Shown piece after piece: positions 22,900-35,229 of a stretch of DNA of 64,000 nucleotides; the first letter of the stretch is position 1, and each line of letters begins with the position of its first letter. The translations under genes and the position numbers were made by a program. The stretch is taken from assembly GCA_015680685.1 (NCBI GenBank), contig MNCI01000651.1, forward strand, positions 1,116,001 to 1,180,000, read 5' to 3'. The stretch is from Gnetum montanum. Its lineage: Eukaryota > Plantae > Gnetophyta. Under the pieces are notes generated by a model that worked only from the letters and a program-made list of their open reading frames with translations, was not told the origin of the DNA and did not search any database.

Positions 22900-25800
22900 A
22901 TGCTCAACTTAGAAAAGATCGATGCATGGAGGCACGTTATGAAACCTCCAAGAACAAGAAGGTTTTAACACTATTATTTGTGCAGTTACAAAAGGAGTGC
23001 CTTGAATTTTTCTCAAGGCAATCTCAACATCAAGATTCTCCTTCTTTTAGTGAGGAAGACACACTTCACCAACGGTTGCAATCAACCTTGAAGGATAACC
23101 AAGGTAAGAAGAGGATAGAGTCCAAGACTAGAAGAACTTCAAGGAAAAGATCTTCTAGCTATTTATCAAAAGAAAAGGAAAAAGAAAAGAAGAAAGAACA
23201 ATCAAAAGACCATAGAAGAAAGGCCAATTAGTACTAGTCTCTTAGCCCTTCATCTTCATCATCCTCCTTGTCATCAAACTCTAATAGGAAGAACCTTGGT
23301 TGAGATCAAAAGAGAAATGATCAAGATTGAGATAGAGATGAACAAAAAATACCATCATAGTGATGAGAAAAGGGACCATAGTTAACCACAAGAGGAAGAG
23401 AAGCATCATCGAGAATGAAGACACAATAGGTCATGCCATAGGAGACATGACCATGATAGGGACCGCCATTAATATAATGACTATGATTAGCCATTGCTCG
23501 CTACAAAGAACATGCTTAACATTTCAAAAGCAGTTCAAATTTTTGCCGAGCATCAAAGGTATAGTAGAATTAAATGGCTTGACATGAATAATATTCCTAA
23601 ATCTAAAGGAGAATATAATGCTGATCCACAACATCATTTACAGGCCTTCCATGATGCCTGTGCCTTATAAAACATTGAAAACAAATGGCAAATGCTCAAA
23701 TTGTTCTTAAGGACACTCATTAAAGCTAAAGGTTGGTATTGGTCTTTGAAGCTAGAATCTATTTGTAGATGAAGTACAATACTGGAACTATTCAATGATA
23801 AATACTATACGTACTCTAGGGTATCCAACTTGAGAAAACAAATCCAAGGATGGAAACAAGATAATTATGAATCCTTGGATGTAGCCTTGGGCAGGTATTA
23901 CTCTCTTTTACATTGATGCTTAGGCTATGGATTTTCTCAAAGGGTGTAGCTTCACCACATAATAAATGAGCTTTGAAACAAAACTAGAGAAATTTTTGGA
24001 GTCTATACCCAAAGAAGCCTTTAGAAATGAGAGTCTAGTGGAACCAAAGACTAATTGATCACGTGGTAAATGAAAAAGAGGAGATTAAAATGCAAGAAAG
24101 TGTAGAGGAATACAATAGGGACCCCTCCATTCACAAAAGGGAGGTATGTTTTTGTGATTCAAAGGAGGAAACAACGCTAGATGAAGTGGTGCAAAGGAAA
24201 ACCTTACCAATTGAAATTTTTTTATAGAACTATTAACTAAGGTAAACAAAATGTGGGACTTCCTAGATGAGAAGTTCCAACCTGCTCTCAAGATGTTGGA
24301 AGAGAAAATGGAGTAGGGAAATAGAGATAGAAATAAAAGAAGAAGGAAAGATAGATGAAGAGATTATTATAAGTAGAAAGGTAAGGCTGTAGCAGTAGAT
24401 ATGGTTGCAGATTCATAAATAGATGATGAAGGATGTACCATTTATCAATATGAACATCCCATGGGATGTTGCCATGTGGTGTCATATTTATAAGAATCTA
24501 GGATGTATGCTTTAAATCCAAAACTGGAAAAAATGTAACCACCCAAGAGATTGTCTTATCCATAAGGTAATTATTGGTAGCAGTTCCACTCACCAAAATA
24601 TTCTCCAAGTGGAGCATCACCTCAACCTCAGGTGTATTATTAACAATGACAAAAACTCATAGTTGTAGGGGATGTTACCATTGTGGCAACAATATCCTTA
24701 CCAATAGTTGGACCCATATGGATATTATGTCCAACAACCTATATCTCCTCATGAGTCTACAAGTCACATCGCTGTCTCCCATCACTACTATATCCTAGAA
24801 TATCGTAGAACACCTACTCTACAAACTGAGTATCCTTTCACTTATCCTCCTTTGTATCCACCAATTCATGTTACATCCTCTAATACTACTCCCTTACTAC
24901 CTACATCACCAATGCAAAGAGAAATTCCACCACAGCCTCAATAATGAAATGTAATGAGGGCTGTGAACTTACAACCAGATAACAATCTGAATGGTTTTGA
25001 GCATAAGCCTCAAAAAAGAGCTTTCTTCAAATCCAACAGTCCACCTAAATCCTTGCAGACATTTGTGGCTACTAATCCTGCATCAATTACTTCTAAAGTT
25101 ATCATTGAGTAGCCTTCAAACTAAAAGTCCATGAAAGTTCATATTTTCATGCTAACTCATGTAGTAACAGATGGGATCAAGGTAGGATACCTTTGTAGGA
25201 AAATATTTGGTCTTAGAAGTCCCTTAATTTATTTATAGATTATAGGAATGATCCATGCAAGGATTTACTAGACTAAGGTTCTAGGGTAAACTTAATTTCT
25301 CAAGAGATATATAAGACTTAGATCCTATCTTCGCTCAAGAAATGTAATATCAAATTGGAGCTTGCAGATCAATCCATCACTGTTCCCTTGAGATTGATGG
25401 ATGATATTGTAGCCATTGTTTATGATTAATCCTATCCTGTAGATTTTCTAGTGATCCATGTGGACAACTACAAGGAGGACTTCCTAGCATAATTTATACC
25501 AAGATGAGGATGAGAGACCTTTCCTTGGAAATATATAATGAAAATAACTTTGAAAAGATAAAGAAGAAGTGAGTTCCATGCATTACATATAGTGACACAA
25601 GGTGCTATTTTGTGTAGAAAATATGAACAATGAAAACTACATCCATCACAACATGCAATAAGTGTGCAGGGACATCCAATGTTTAGAGATGCTTGTATGC
25701 AATAGTCACAAAATAGGAAGGTACCTAGTGGCTGGCAACAAATGATAGCATTGCTTCAACAATATTCATGGAATCACTAGAACTCCTCACAAGTGCTTAT

Positions 25801-27278
25801 ATTGATAACATGGATATAATGGAGTAGAGTCATAATCAACTCTTTCACAAAGAAGAAGAAATGGATTGGAGAGAGTTGGAAATCACTAATTATTTTAAAT
25901 AGGAGCCCTTGAAACTCAAGACTTTACCAGTAACATTGGAATATGTTTTTCTTAATAATGGCAAGCCGATAATTATTAATGCTAATTTGACCAAAGAACA
26001 GAAAAGGAAGTTGCTAAAAGTTGTAAATAAATGGCCAACAACTTTTGCCTAGTCATGTTATGAGTTAACTAGGATAGATCCGCACATATGCCAACACCAG
26101 ATCTATACAAACTCCACTATCATGCCAAGGAGGTAGCCAAAGCACAGATTAAATCCAAAACTTAAGCAAGTTATTAAAGATGAAGTGAAATAAATTCTTA
26201 AGGTAAGATTCCTCTATCCTATAACAGACAGTAAGTGGGTAAGCCCACTTGTTATTGTGCCAAGAAAGGAAGAAAAATAGAGAATTTTTATAGACTTTAA
26301 TCTATTGAATATGGTTACATTTAAAGATCATTTTTCATTACTATTTTTGGACCAAGTACTGGATATAATTGCAAGATACAATTACTACATTTTTTTGATG
26401 GTTATAATGGTTATAACCAAATTCAAATAGTAATAGAAGACTAAGCTAAAATAACTTTCATAAATCCCTAGGAAAAGTCTGCATATAAGAAGATGCCATT
26501 TGGTCTTTGTAATGCTCCTACGACTTTCCAATTCCTAGTACCAAGCATCTTTCTATATTAGATTGGTAGTGGTGTGGAGATCTTCATGGATAACTTCTCC
26601 ACCTATGGTACCAACTTTGAATAAGCATTGGATTGACTTGAGCAAATCTTGAAACAATGTATGGAGATGAACCTACAACTCAACTACTAGAAGAGTCACT
26701 TGATGATCCAAGATGACATTATTTTAGGGCACTAGATTACAAGATAAGGGATTAAGATAAACATGGAAAAAGTAAGGTTTATTCAATGAATAACCAATCA
26801 ACCTCAAATGGTAAAAGATGTGAGGTCATTTCTTAGCCATATAGGTTACTATATGTGCTTCATAGAAAATTTCTCTAAAATTGCTAAATTGTTGGTAGAG
26901 CTTACAAAGAAAGATCCAATCTTCAAATGGATCAAGAAATGTAAATAAGCATTCTAGCAATTAAAGAAAAATCTCATAGAAATGCTAATTCTACGCATCC
27001 CAAATTGGTCTAAGACATTTCATATCATGATATATGCATCTAAATATGCTTTGGGAGTGGTACTTACATACATGGATAATCAAAAACATCCATACTATAT
27101 TCATTATGTAAGCAGAAGCATTGTAGGTACAAAAAATAACTACACCACCACTAAGAAAGAACTCATGATAGTAGTGCATGCCTTGCAAAATCGTAGACAC
27201 TATGTTCTTAGATATTAAATTTTTGTGCACACTGACCTCAATGTGATCCATTTTCTAATAAATAAGCTAGTGGTTGGT
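22900..27278 (+). pseudogene. gag-pol of copy B (Gag, protease, RT, RNase H up to the insertion point)
   Basis: NIPKSKGEYNADPQHHLQAF, LLD*GSRVNL, GIDPHICQHQI, SKWVSPLVIVP, KMPFGLCNAPTTFQ, VEIFMDNFSTYG, ASKYALGVVL, NYTTTKKELMIVV. Confidence 0.9.
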
Positions 27279-27682
27279 TGTAGTGATTGAAAAATTTGAT
27301 TGTTGGAAACTCGAAGATCTCAATGTAATAGCTTTAAGTTCGAATCCCCAAGGCCTCTAAAAAATGGGGTTCGAGGTACCCTAGAAGGTTTGATAGATCA
27401 TTAAGGAACTTATGAAATGCAAAATGGGTATACCTTGGAAAATCATAGACACTATGTTCTTAGATATTAAATTTTTGTGCACACTAACCTCAATGTGATC
27501 CATTTCCTAATAAATAAGCTAGTTGTTGGTTGTAGTGATTGAAAAATTTGATCGTTGGAAAATCAAAGTCCTACATGCAATAGCTTTAACCTCAAATCCC
27601 CAAGGCCTCTAAAAAATGGAGTTCAAGGTACACTAGAAGGTCTGATAGATCATTAAGGAACTTATGAAATGCAAAATGGGGG
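27179..27682 (+). repeat. 252-bp tandem duplication spanning the host RNase H / nested LTR junction
   Basis: 27179-27430 is repeated at 27431-27682, including the TTGGT|TGTAGTGA junction. Confidence 0.9.
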
Positions 27683-28384
27683 TAGAAAGAATAAAAATGC
27701 AATGCAAACCTAAGAAAATAAATGCACCGAAATGGAACAAATAAATCTATCTTGCACACAAACAGAACTACAAACTTTATTTAAAAAGAAATAAAGAATG
27801 GTTTAAGAAATGTGTACAAAAATGTGCCTGAGGTAGTAAGGGGGTTCACTTTAGTGGGGGCTTGGAATCCATTGCTCCATGATCTAGATGCTCCACAACT
27901 TCCAATGCTTTTGAACCTTTATTTCTCCTTGCACTAGATCTGCAGGGGGTGTTATAGGGGGGAGATGTGTGTGTAACAATTATCCAAAAGGAGGGTTCCA
28001 TGCTAGATAGATCTAAGAAGCTACATTGTTACAGGTGTGCAAGAGCTCTTGGATGCTACAAATGCCAAAGTATGCAAATGCTAAGGGGGTGGAACCTAAA
28101 AATGGTGTTTGAGGTTGGTTTATATAGGGGTTTGACCTTAATTTTTGCAACAAATTGGCTGCAAATTTCTGTTACGTTTCAAGTGGCATAGGTGCCTAAA
28201 CTTGGGGGGTTACCAAAGTTTCATACCTCCATGGCCATGCTGTTTTCAAAAAGTAGTAACAAGGGATGTCTTCCATGCTAGATTTGTTCTTCTACATTGG
28301 GGCTTCAAACTTCTATGTTGGCATTCTAGGATTCTTGATGGAGTTGATGCATTATTGAAATCTTGGTCATACTGATTCTACGCC

Positions 28385-28415
<31 letters not shown>

Positions 28416-28901
28416 AGATGGGGGAGAAGGTATCAACATTGTTGGAGATGAAAGATCAGCAGTAGGGATGAAGGTCAAACCCCTCCAGGTTGAGTTACTT
28501 CCCTTCTACGTTGGAGGTGGGTGAGACCCACCTCCTTGCACTCCTCCACGCTAGCTTTTCTCTTCCACACTAAGGGTAGGTGGCCCATACCCTTCTATGC
28601 TGGGTTACCCCCCTACTGGGGTTTTCTAGTATAGAAAAGTGTATACCCCCCATAAAACCCATCAAAATACCATTTTTGGCATTCCAAAAGGCATTTTGAC
28701 CCTCCAAGCCCAAATATAGACACTAGATGACTCTTTCACTTGGGGAATAAGGCTTTGGCCATTTACGAGGCCTTTTTTAGCCCCAAAAGTATGAAATACA
28801 TCAGATTACCTCTTATGGGTTACAATATTCACATTTACAATAAAGTTTAGCCTTGATCTTCATGGGATGGGGTTACAAAATGCAAATTTGGTGGTGTTTC
28901 A
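27531..28901 (-). repeat. 3' LTR of the nested element
   Basis: Aligns end to end with 39556-40949 and is adjacent to the PPT. Confidence 0.9.
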
Positions 28902-30899
28902 TTAGCCCCTCTTTGTTCATGTTTGGAGGATTGACCAAAGAGGGATCGACAAAGAATACAAAACACCATTGTAGGTCCATCACTCATGTTCCTTCTCCTC
29001 ACTTGATCTAGTCATGTCAAACTATGCTAAAGAGTGCTTGTGATGATGGGATAAGGCTTGGATGAGATGGTGATAATGGTCATTAGGGAGATGGTCATGG
29101 AGGCTAACAATACATTCCAAATGTTGTCATGATGGCTATAACATGGCACTAACATGTTTTCAAGTGTTGGTCACTTGGAAAATACATTTGAGAACTCTAA
29201 CTTCGCTCTAAGATTTCTTTGGCCATTAGGCTTTGACGCTTCATTGGTCATTTAGCCTCTTGGGAATTTACTTCCCCTTTTTTTTTTATTGGGGTAAAAT
29301 TTTCATTAGGTTTCATTGCTAAGGTTAGTTTGACATGGTTTTCCCATTGAATGAATTGTGTTATAGTCAATGGACTTGGTTTTTCCATTGAGCCTAAATG
29401 TGTTTCACTCGATGGACTTAATTGTTTTTCCATTGAATGAAATGTTTACATTCAAGTGGATGTGAGGATGGAGCATGATGAAGAGATGTCACATGCCTAT
29501 AATGCATGAGTGTTAGACATTGGCCAACATTGCTACTTAGGGTAAGGAAGGTTATATTCAGGCTACAGAGTTGGGCTCAAGAAAAGGTAATGGGATGGAA
29601 ATGGCATAAGCACTCTTGACATAGCAAGAAAAAATCATTGAATCTTACACATCAAGGTCATGTGGTAACATGCTACCATGATGAGTTGCACCTCCACAAT
29701 GACTTCAGGCTTTGCCCTACATGCACAACTCCAAGAGGATAAGAAAACCAAGAAAAGAAAGCACGTTGTCATGTTACAATGGACAAGGCCATGTAAAATG
29801 ATGAAGAAAACCAAGCTTCCCAGGTCACCAATATTATAGCATAGGAAAATATATGCAATGTGCATCAAATTTCCAAAGTTTTGCAGCTCATTAATTATTC
29901 CAAACAAGAGAAGAGAGATAGAGCATGCAGGCTTGCTTGTTGTAAATAATCAAAGTTAACATCATTCATTTATTGCAACTTGTTAATAATGATAGATATA
30001 ATTAGGGCTATGTGATGGCTTTGATGTTGCATAATAAGGATTTGATGAGGTTTTGAGGAGGTTTAAGTTGTGATGTGATTCTATGTATTTTCTCCTCACC
30101 ATCCTAGTTTAGATGGGGAATTTTGATTAAGGGATCCTCTATGATGTTTCTGACTTCAAGGTTAATGATCATCAAGCTACTTTAGGGTGTTATGGCTATA
30201 TAGTGCAATGGTTTCAATGTTCAATGTTTGGGTACATAAGATCAACTAGGTCAAAATCATGAGAGGGGTTTACGAAGGCTTTAAGGCTAGTCGAGTTTGC
30301 TTCCTCATCCTCCTCAATCATTCCTACATGACAACATAAGCACATTAAGTGGTTCCTTTGTAATAAAATGATTAAATAATGTAAAAATACATGTAAAAAT
30401 GCATTAATAATAAAGTAAAAGTGGGTTAAAACAACTTAAATTGATGCCAAAATAGGTGAAAACATGGTCAACTAAGGTCACTAAGGATAGTATAAGGTCA
30501 AACATGGTCAACTATGGTTATACTTTGCCAGTTTTAGGCCTTGGTAGGCCATGGTGCGATGGTGTCAAATGATGATCAAGGAAGGTCAAACCCCATCATT
30601 CAACACCAATAAAAGGCTAAATGAAGTTTACAAAGGCTATAATAGAGAAAATAGGGTGAATACAGTGATATTAAAATAGTATTAAGGCTAAACAAGGTCA
30701 ATAGTGTAATAATGGTTAAAATAGGTCGTAACATGATGAAACAAGGCCACATGAGGTAGAGTAGAATACATATGATAAAACATGATCAAAAGGGTTAGAA
30801 TTTGCTAGTTTTAGACCTTAGTGGGCCACTGTTTGAGGCTACAAGGATCATGAGCTAATTCGAACATTAATAGAGGTTGTTTTTGGGTTGTTTGGACCT

Positions 30900-33800
30900 A
30901 AAAATCAAGGGTTTTTATGCTTCCATGCTAGAGACCCCTGTTTCCATGTTGGCCAATGTGAAAGGGATGACTTCCCAACATGGTTGAAATACCCATAAAA
31001 TTTCCCAAGCTTTTTTGGGCTAGCTTTTGACTCCTGATGGCTTGCATGTCAGCACAATTGATTGGGGAAGGGAATGGGCTAGTCTTAGCATTTGTTTCAA
31101 TCCCTGTAACCCTTTTGTGGATCCTAAAAACATATTCCACACTAGATCCACATTAGGTATTCACTTTGGAGGTTGATAAAGGCCAACAAGTAGGTTTTGG
31201 AGCTTAACCCTCCTATTTCCATGTTGGCCAGCATGGATGGGAGGGGGCTCAGCATGGAGGATCAAAATCCAAGACAAAGCAAGATCAAACAAGGTTAAGT
31301 CAGTAGTTGGAACCCAAATTTGGGAGTTGTGCATCCCTTAGCTTTATTTTGAGGCCATTTGAGTTGGTTTTGAGTGCCAAAATAAGTTGAAATTACTTTC
31401 CCCATTTTCCCATGTTGAGCATGGTTGCCCTAACATAAATGAATGGGGGTGCACCTTTTCTATGATTTTGGGATGGCTTGGAAGCACATCGACTAGGTTT
31501 CTAGGCTCCTAGGTTTCTAGATCATGATTTTCCAATTTTCTGGTTGATGTTAGTCATGTTTAGAGGTTGTTTGGGGGTATTTAGGATTTCATCCCCATGT
31601 TTCCATTTTTGGGGAGTTTCTCCAGTGTGGAAGTTAGTGATGGATGAGTTTTGAAGGCTAAAACAAAGTAGGATGAGTGCCCATTTAAGGCTATGAGGTC
31701 GTAGGCTTCTTTGGTGTAGATTTTTGGCCTCCAAGAGTGTCAATTTATCACAAAAAATGGAAAGGTAGCTACCTAGCATGGAAGAGACCTTCCCTAGCAT
31801 GGATGAATTAAGAATCCTAGATCTAGGCCATTTTGGATCATAATCAACTATGCATGTCAGCTCCTAGAGTTGCCAAAGTCAAGGGCTAGGTTTTAAGGTC
31901 AAAAATTGGTAGTTTTAGGTGTTCCTAAGTGATTTTTGAGCTTACCCCCTTTTTTCCACGTTGGGGATGGAATGCCTAACATGGATCTAGCTATGAAGGT
32001 TAAGGGGGATAGCTTTTTGACTATTTGGGATCCATTTTGTAGGGTTTGAGAGCTCTAGAATGTGCAAACATGGTCCTAGGATGCACACAAGGTTGTATGG
32101 TGTCAATTCGAGGTGTCTAAGGGTCATTTTGAGTTACCCCATAGTTTCCATGCTAGATCCACATTGGCTAGCATGGAAGGGGTGGTCCTTAGCATGATAG
32201 ACTTTGGGGGCCATTTTTGGCATTTTTTCTTACTTTTGGTCATTCATGTGAGTATTTAGGGTTATTGGTGTCGATTGTCGAGGTCTAAGGTCAAAATTTA
32301 TTAATTTCAAAGGTTTTTCAATGGTTTTTTTTTGACTTACCCCCTTGGTTTCATGCTAGCTTCACATTGGCTAGCATGAGACTAATTAGGAAGGCCTTAG
32401 GGGGTTGATGTTTGTCTATTTCTAGTGAGCTTTGGCTATGCATGTCCACTTCTAGAGTTACTGGTGTTGATGGTCAAGACATAGGGCTAAAATTTGGTAG
32501 TTTTAAGGGTTTCTTGGTGAATTTTTTGACTTACCTCTCTACTTCCAAACTAGCTAGTAGGGAACCAACTAGAAAGATAAAAAGGGATAAAATTTTGGCT
32601 ATGTTTGGTCAATTTCTCAAGGTTCGAAGGCTCTAAAGGGTGTCGATTAGGTTCTAAGGTGAATGCAGGATCATTTGATGTTATTCTAAGGTGTTTATGA
32701 GCCTCAAATGAGCTCCCCATTAGTTTCCATGCTAGTCCCACATTGGACAACATGGAAGAGAGGTTTTCCAGTGTTGAGGAATCATAAATATTAGATCTAG
32801 ACCACTTTTGACCATGTTCAACCATGCATATGTGCTCCTAGGGTTATCGAGGTTAAGGGTTAGGGGTTAAGGTTAAAACTAATTAATTTGGAGGTTTGCT
32901 AGGTGTTTTTTGGAGTCACCCCTTTGGTTTCACATTAGCTAGCATGGAACCAGCTAGGAAGACTAGAGGAAATCAATTTTTAACTATTTTAGGTCAATTC
33001 TAGCTATGCATGTGTAGTTCCAAGGTTGCTGGCATCAGTAGTCAAGGCCTAAGGTCAAAATTTGTCAATTTCAATGGGTTTTTAGATTACCCCTTGGTTT
33101 CATGCTAGCTCCATGCTAGTCAACATGAAACCAACTAGGAAGACCTGAAGGTATTGATTTTTTATCATATTTGATCATTTTAAGGAAGTTTGATGATTCC
33201 TGAAAGTGCTAGTAGGGTTGTGGGTAAGTATAAGATAATTCGATGATATTTTGGTATCTGTGATCTTCTATGGATCTTCCTAGCCACATCCACATTGGCT
33301 CCATGCTATCCAGCATAGAAGAGATCTCCCTCAATGTAGATGAATCAAAAATATTAAAGCTGGGCTTTTGGATAACAAATTGACTATGCACATTAGCCTC
33401 TAGGGTTGTTGGTGTCGATGGTCAAGATTTGGTGTCAAAATCCACTAGTTTGAAGGCTCTTAGATGCCTTATGTAATCAAACCCCCTCCTTTCATGTTGG
33501 GTAGGATGGCCCTAGCTTGAATGAGAGGGAAACATAAGATATAGGCTCTTTTAACAACAAATCGACCACACATGTTAGCCTTCAAGATTGCCAATGTCAA
33601 TGGTTGAGATTTGGTCTTAAAATCTACTAGTTTGGAGGCTCCTAGGTATCTCATGCAATCAATGCCCTTCTTTTCATGCTGGGTAAGGTGGCCCTAGGAT
33701 GGATTAGAGGGAAATATCAAATCTAGGCTCTTTTGATAGGAAATTGACCATGCATGTTAGCCTCTTAGGTTACCGGTGTTGATGGTCATGATTTGGTGTC

Positions 33801-34700
33801 AAAATACACCATTTTTAAGGCCTTTAGGTGTCTCATGCAGTCAAAAACCCTCCTTCCATGATGGGTAGGGTGTACCCAACATGGATGAGCAGGAAATGTT
33901 AGATCTAGGTTCTTTTGATAGCAAATCAACCAAACATGTTAGTCTTTGGGGTTGTTGGTATCGATGGTCAAGATTTGGTGTCAAAATCCACTAGTTTAGA
34001 GGCTCGTAGGTGTCCATGAAATCATCCCCCCCCCCTTTGTCCACACTAGATAGGGTGGCCCTAGTGTGGATGAGAAAGGGGTGATGGCATTTTTCCATTT
34101 TTGATTAGTCTCAGGATGTTTGAAGGCCCTGGTAGGCTCCAGTAGGGTTTAGAAGTTACTAGGGTAGGTTATTAGGTTATTTTTGGTAATAAACTAGGTT
34201 TTATTGCATACCCCTAGGGATTCCATGTTGGCTCCACATTAGGTAGTGTGGAGGAGGTGTCCACCAATGTGGAGAGGATTGTAAATGAAAAAATTGGATT
34301 ATTTTTGGCTATTGTAGGCTTTTGGAAGCTGCCAAGGGGTCTTAGAGTCTAAAAATGACAACTGGGGTGGTCAATTTTAGTAATTTTTGATTTTACCCCA
34401 TCCATCCACATTGGATCCATGCTATGCAGTATGGATGCACCTCCCCTAGTGTTTAAAAACTAGATATGGAGGTTTTGGACACTTTTGACTAGGTTGAGCA
34501 AGGTTTTGGGGTTGCTAGGGATCATCGAAGGGGTTTAGGGCTATGTGGACCCACTTTGAGGTTGAACCAAGGCATGATGAATAGCAGAGGATAAGTATGG
34601 ATGTTACACCCTTTTTCAACATTGGATCCACACTAGGTAGGGTTTCCCTAGCATGCATGCTCCAAAGTGGCAAGTTCTACCAAGGTTTTACCCCCTGTTG
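30900..34700. repeat. Degenerate tandem array of ~180-190-bp units in the 3' non-coding region of the nested element
   Basis: Units such as catg(c)..tagcct.tagggttg.tggtgtcgatggtcaagatttggtgtcaaaat recur at ~33384, 33566, 33748 and 33930 (period 182). Related units at ~31848, 32245, 32436, 32823 and 33004. Confidence 0.8.
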
Positions 34701-34809
34701 GGTCTAGGGTTCATGCATGTCAATGTCAATTGCTAAGAATGGAAAGAGATGTAAGGTTTTGTTGTCATGGTTGGTGCTTGGAACCCATTCCAAGGCTTAT
34801 TTAAATGTC

Positions 34810-34925
34810 ATTTTTAGGCCTTGGTGGGCCGTGATGCTAGTTTAAGGCCTTGGTAGGCCATGATATTGCTAGTTTTAGGCATTAGCGAGCCATGATATTA
34901 CTAGTTTTAGGCCTTAGCGGGCTAT
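34810..34925. repeat. ~30-bp minisatellite (about 4 units)
   Basis: ttttaggccttggtgggcc...gatattgctag units; related motifs at ~30530 and ~30805. Confidence 0.75.
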
Positions 34926-35229
34926 AAGGTCATACCTATCTAGCAAGTATGGGCTATTTTTGAAAGGGCATATAAGGATAATATAAACCATGAAACATGG
35001 TATAAGGTTGTGAAGGTGAATAAGCTTCAATTAGCAATAGAAGGGATAACATACATGCAATGCATTTGTTGCTTAACCTTTGATAATCCAAAAGGTTTTC
35101 TTTGCACAATTGCACTTTCATCATGTTTCTTGTTTGTAGTGGCAATTGGTAGGCATTTTTGTTGATTGCTTCTTGTTGCAGAGTTGGTGTTTTTTGCATT
35201 ATTGTTGTTCTCATTGTTGTTGGTTCTAG

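Noticed and set aside
29635-29907. Hydrophobic 90-aa ORF in the nested element's 3' region (possible membrane protein)
   Set aside because: Short, TTG start, T-rich strand bias, and no second copy to show conservation.
30900-34700. CRISPR-like array (palindromic repeats at regular spacing)
   Set aside because: The intervening sequences are homologous to each other rather than unique spacers, the context is a eukaryotic LTR element, and there are no cas genes.
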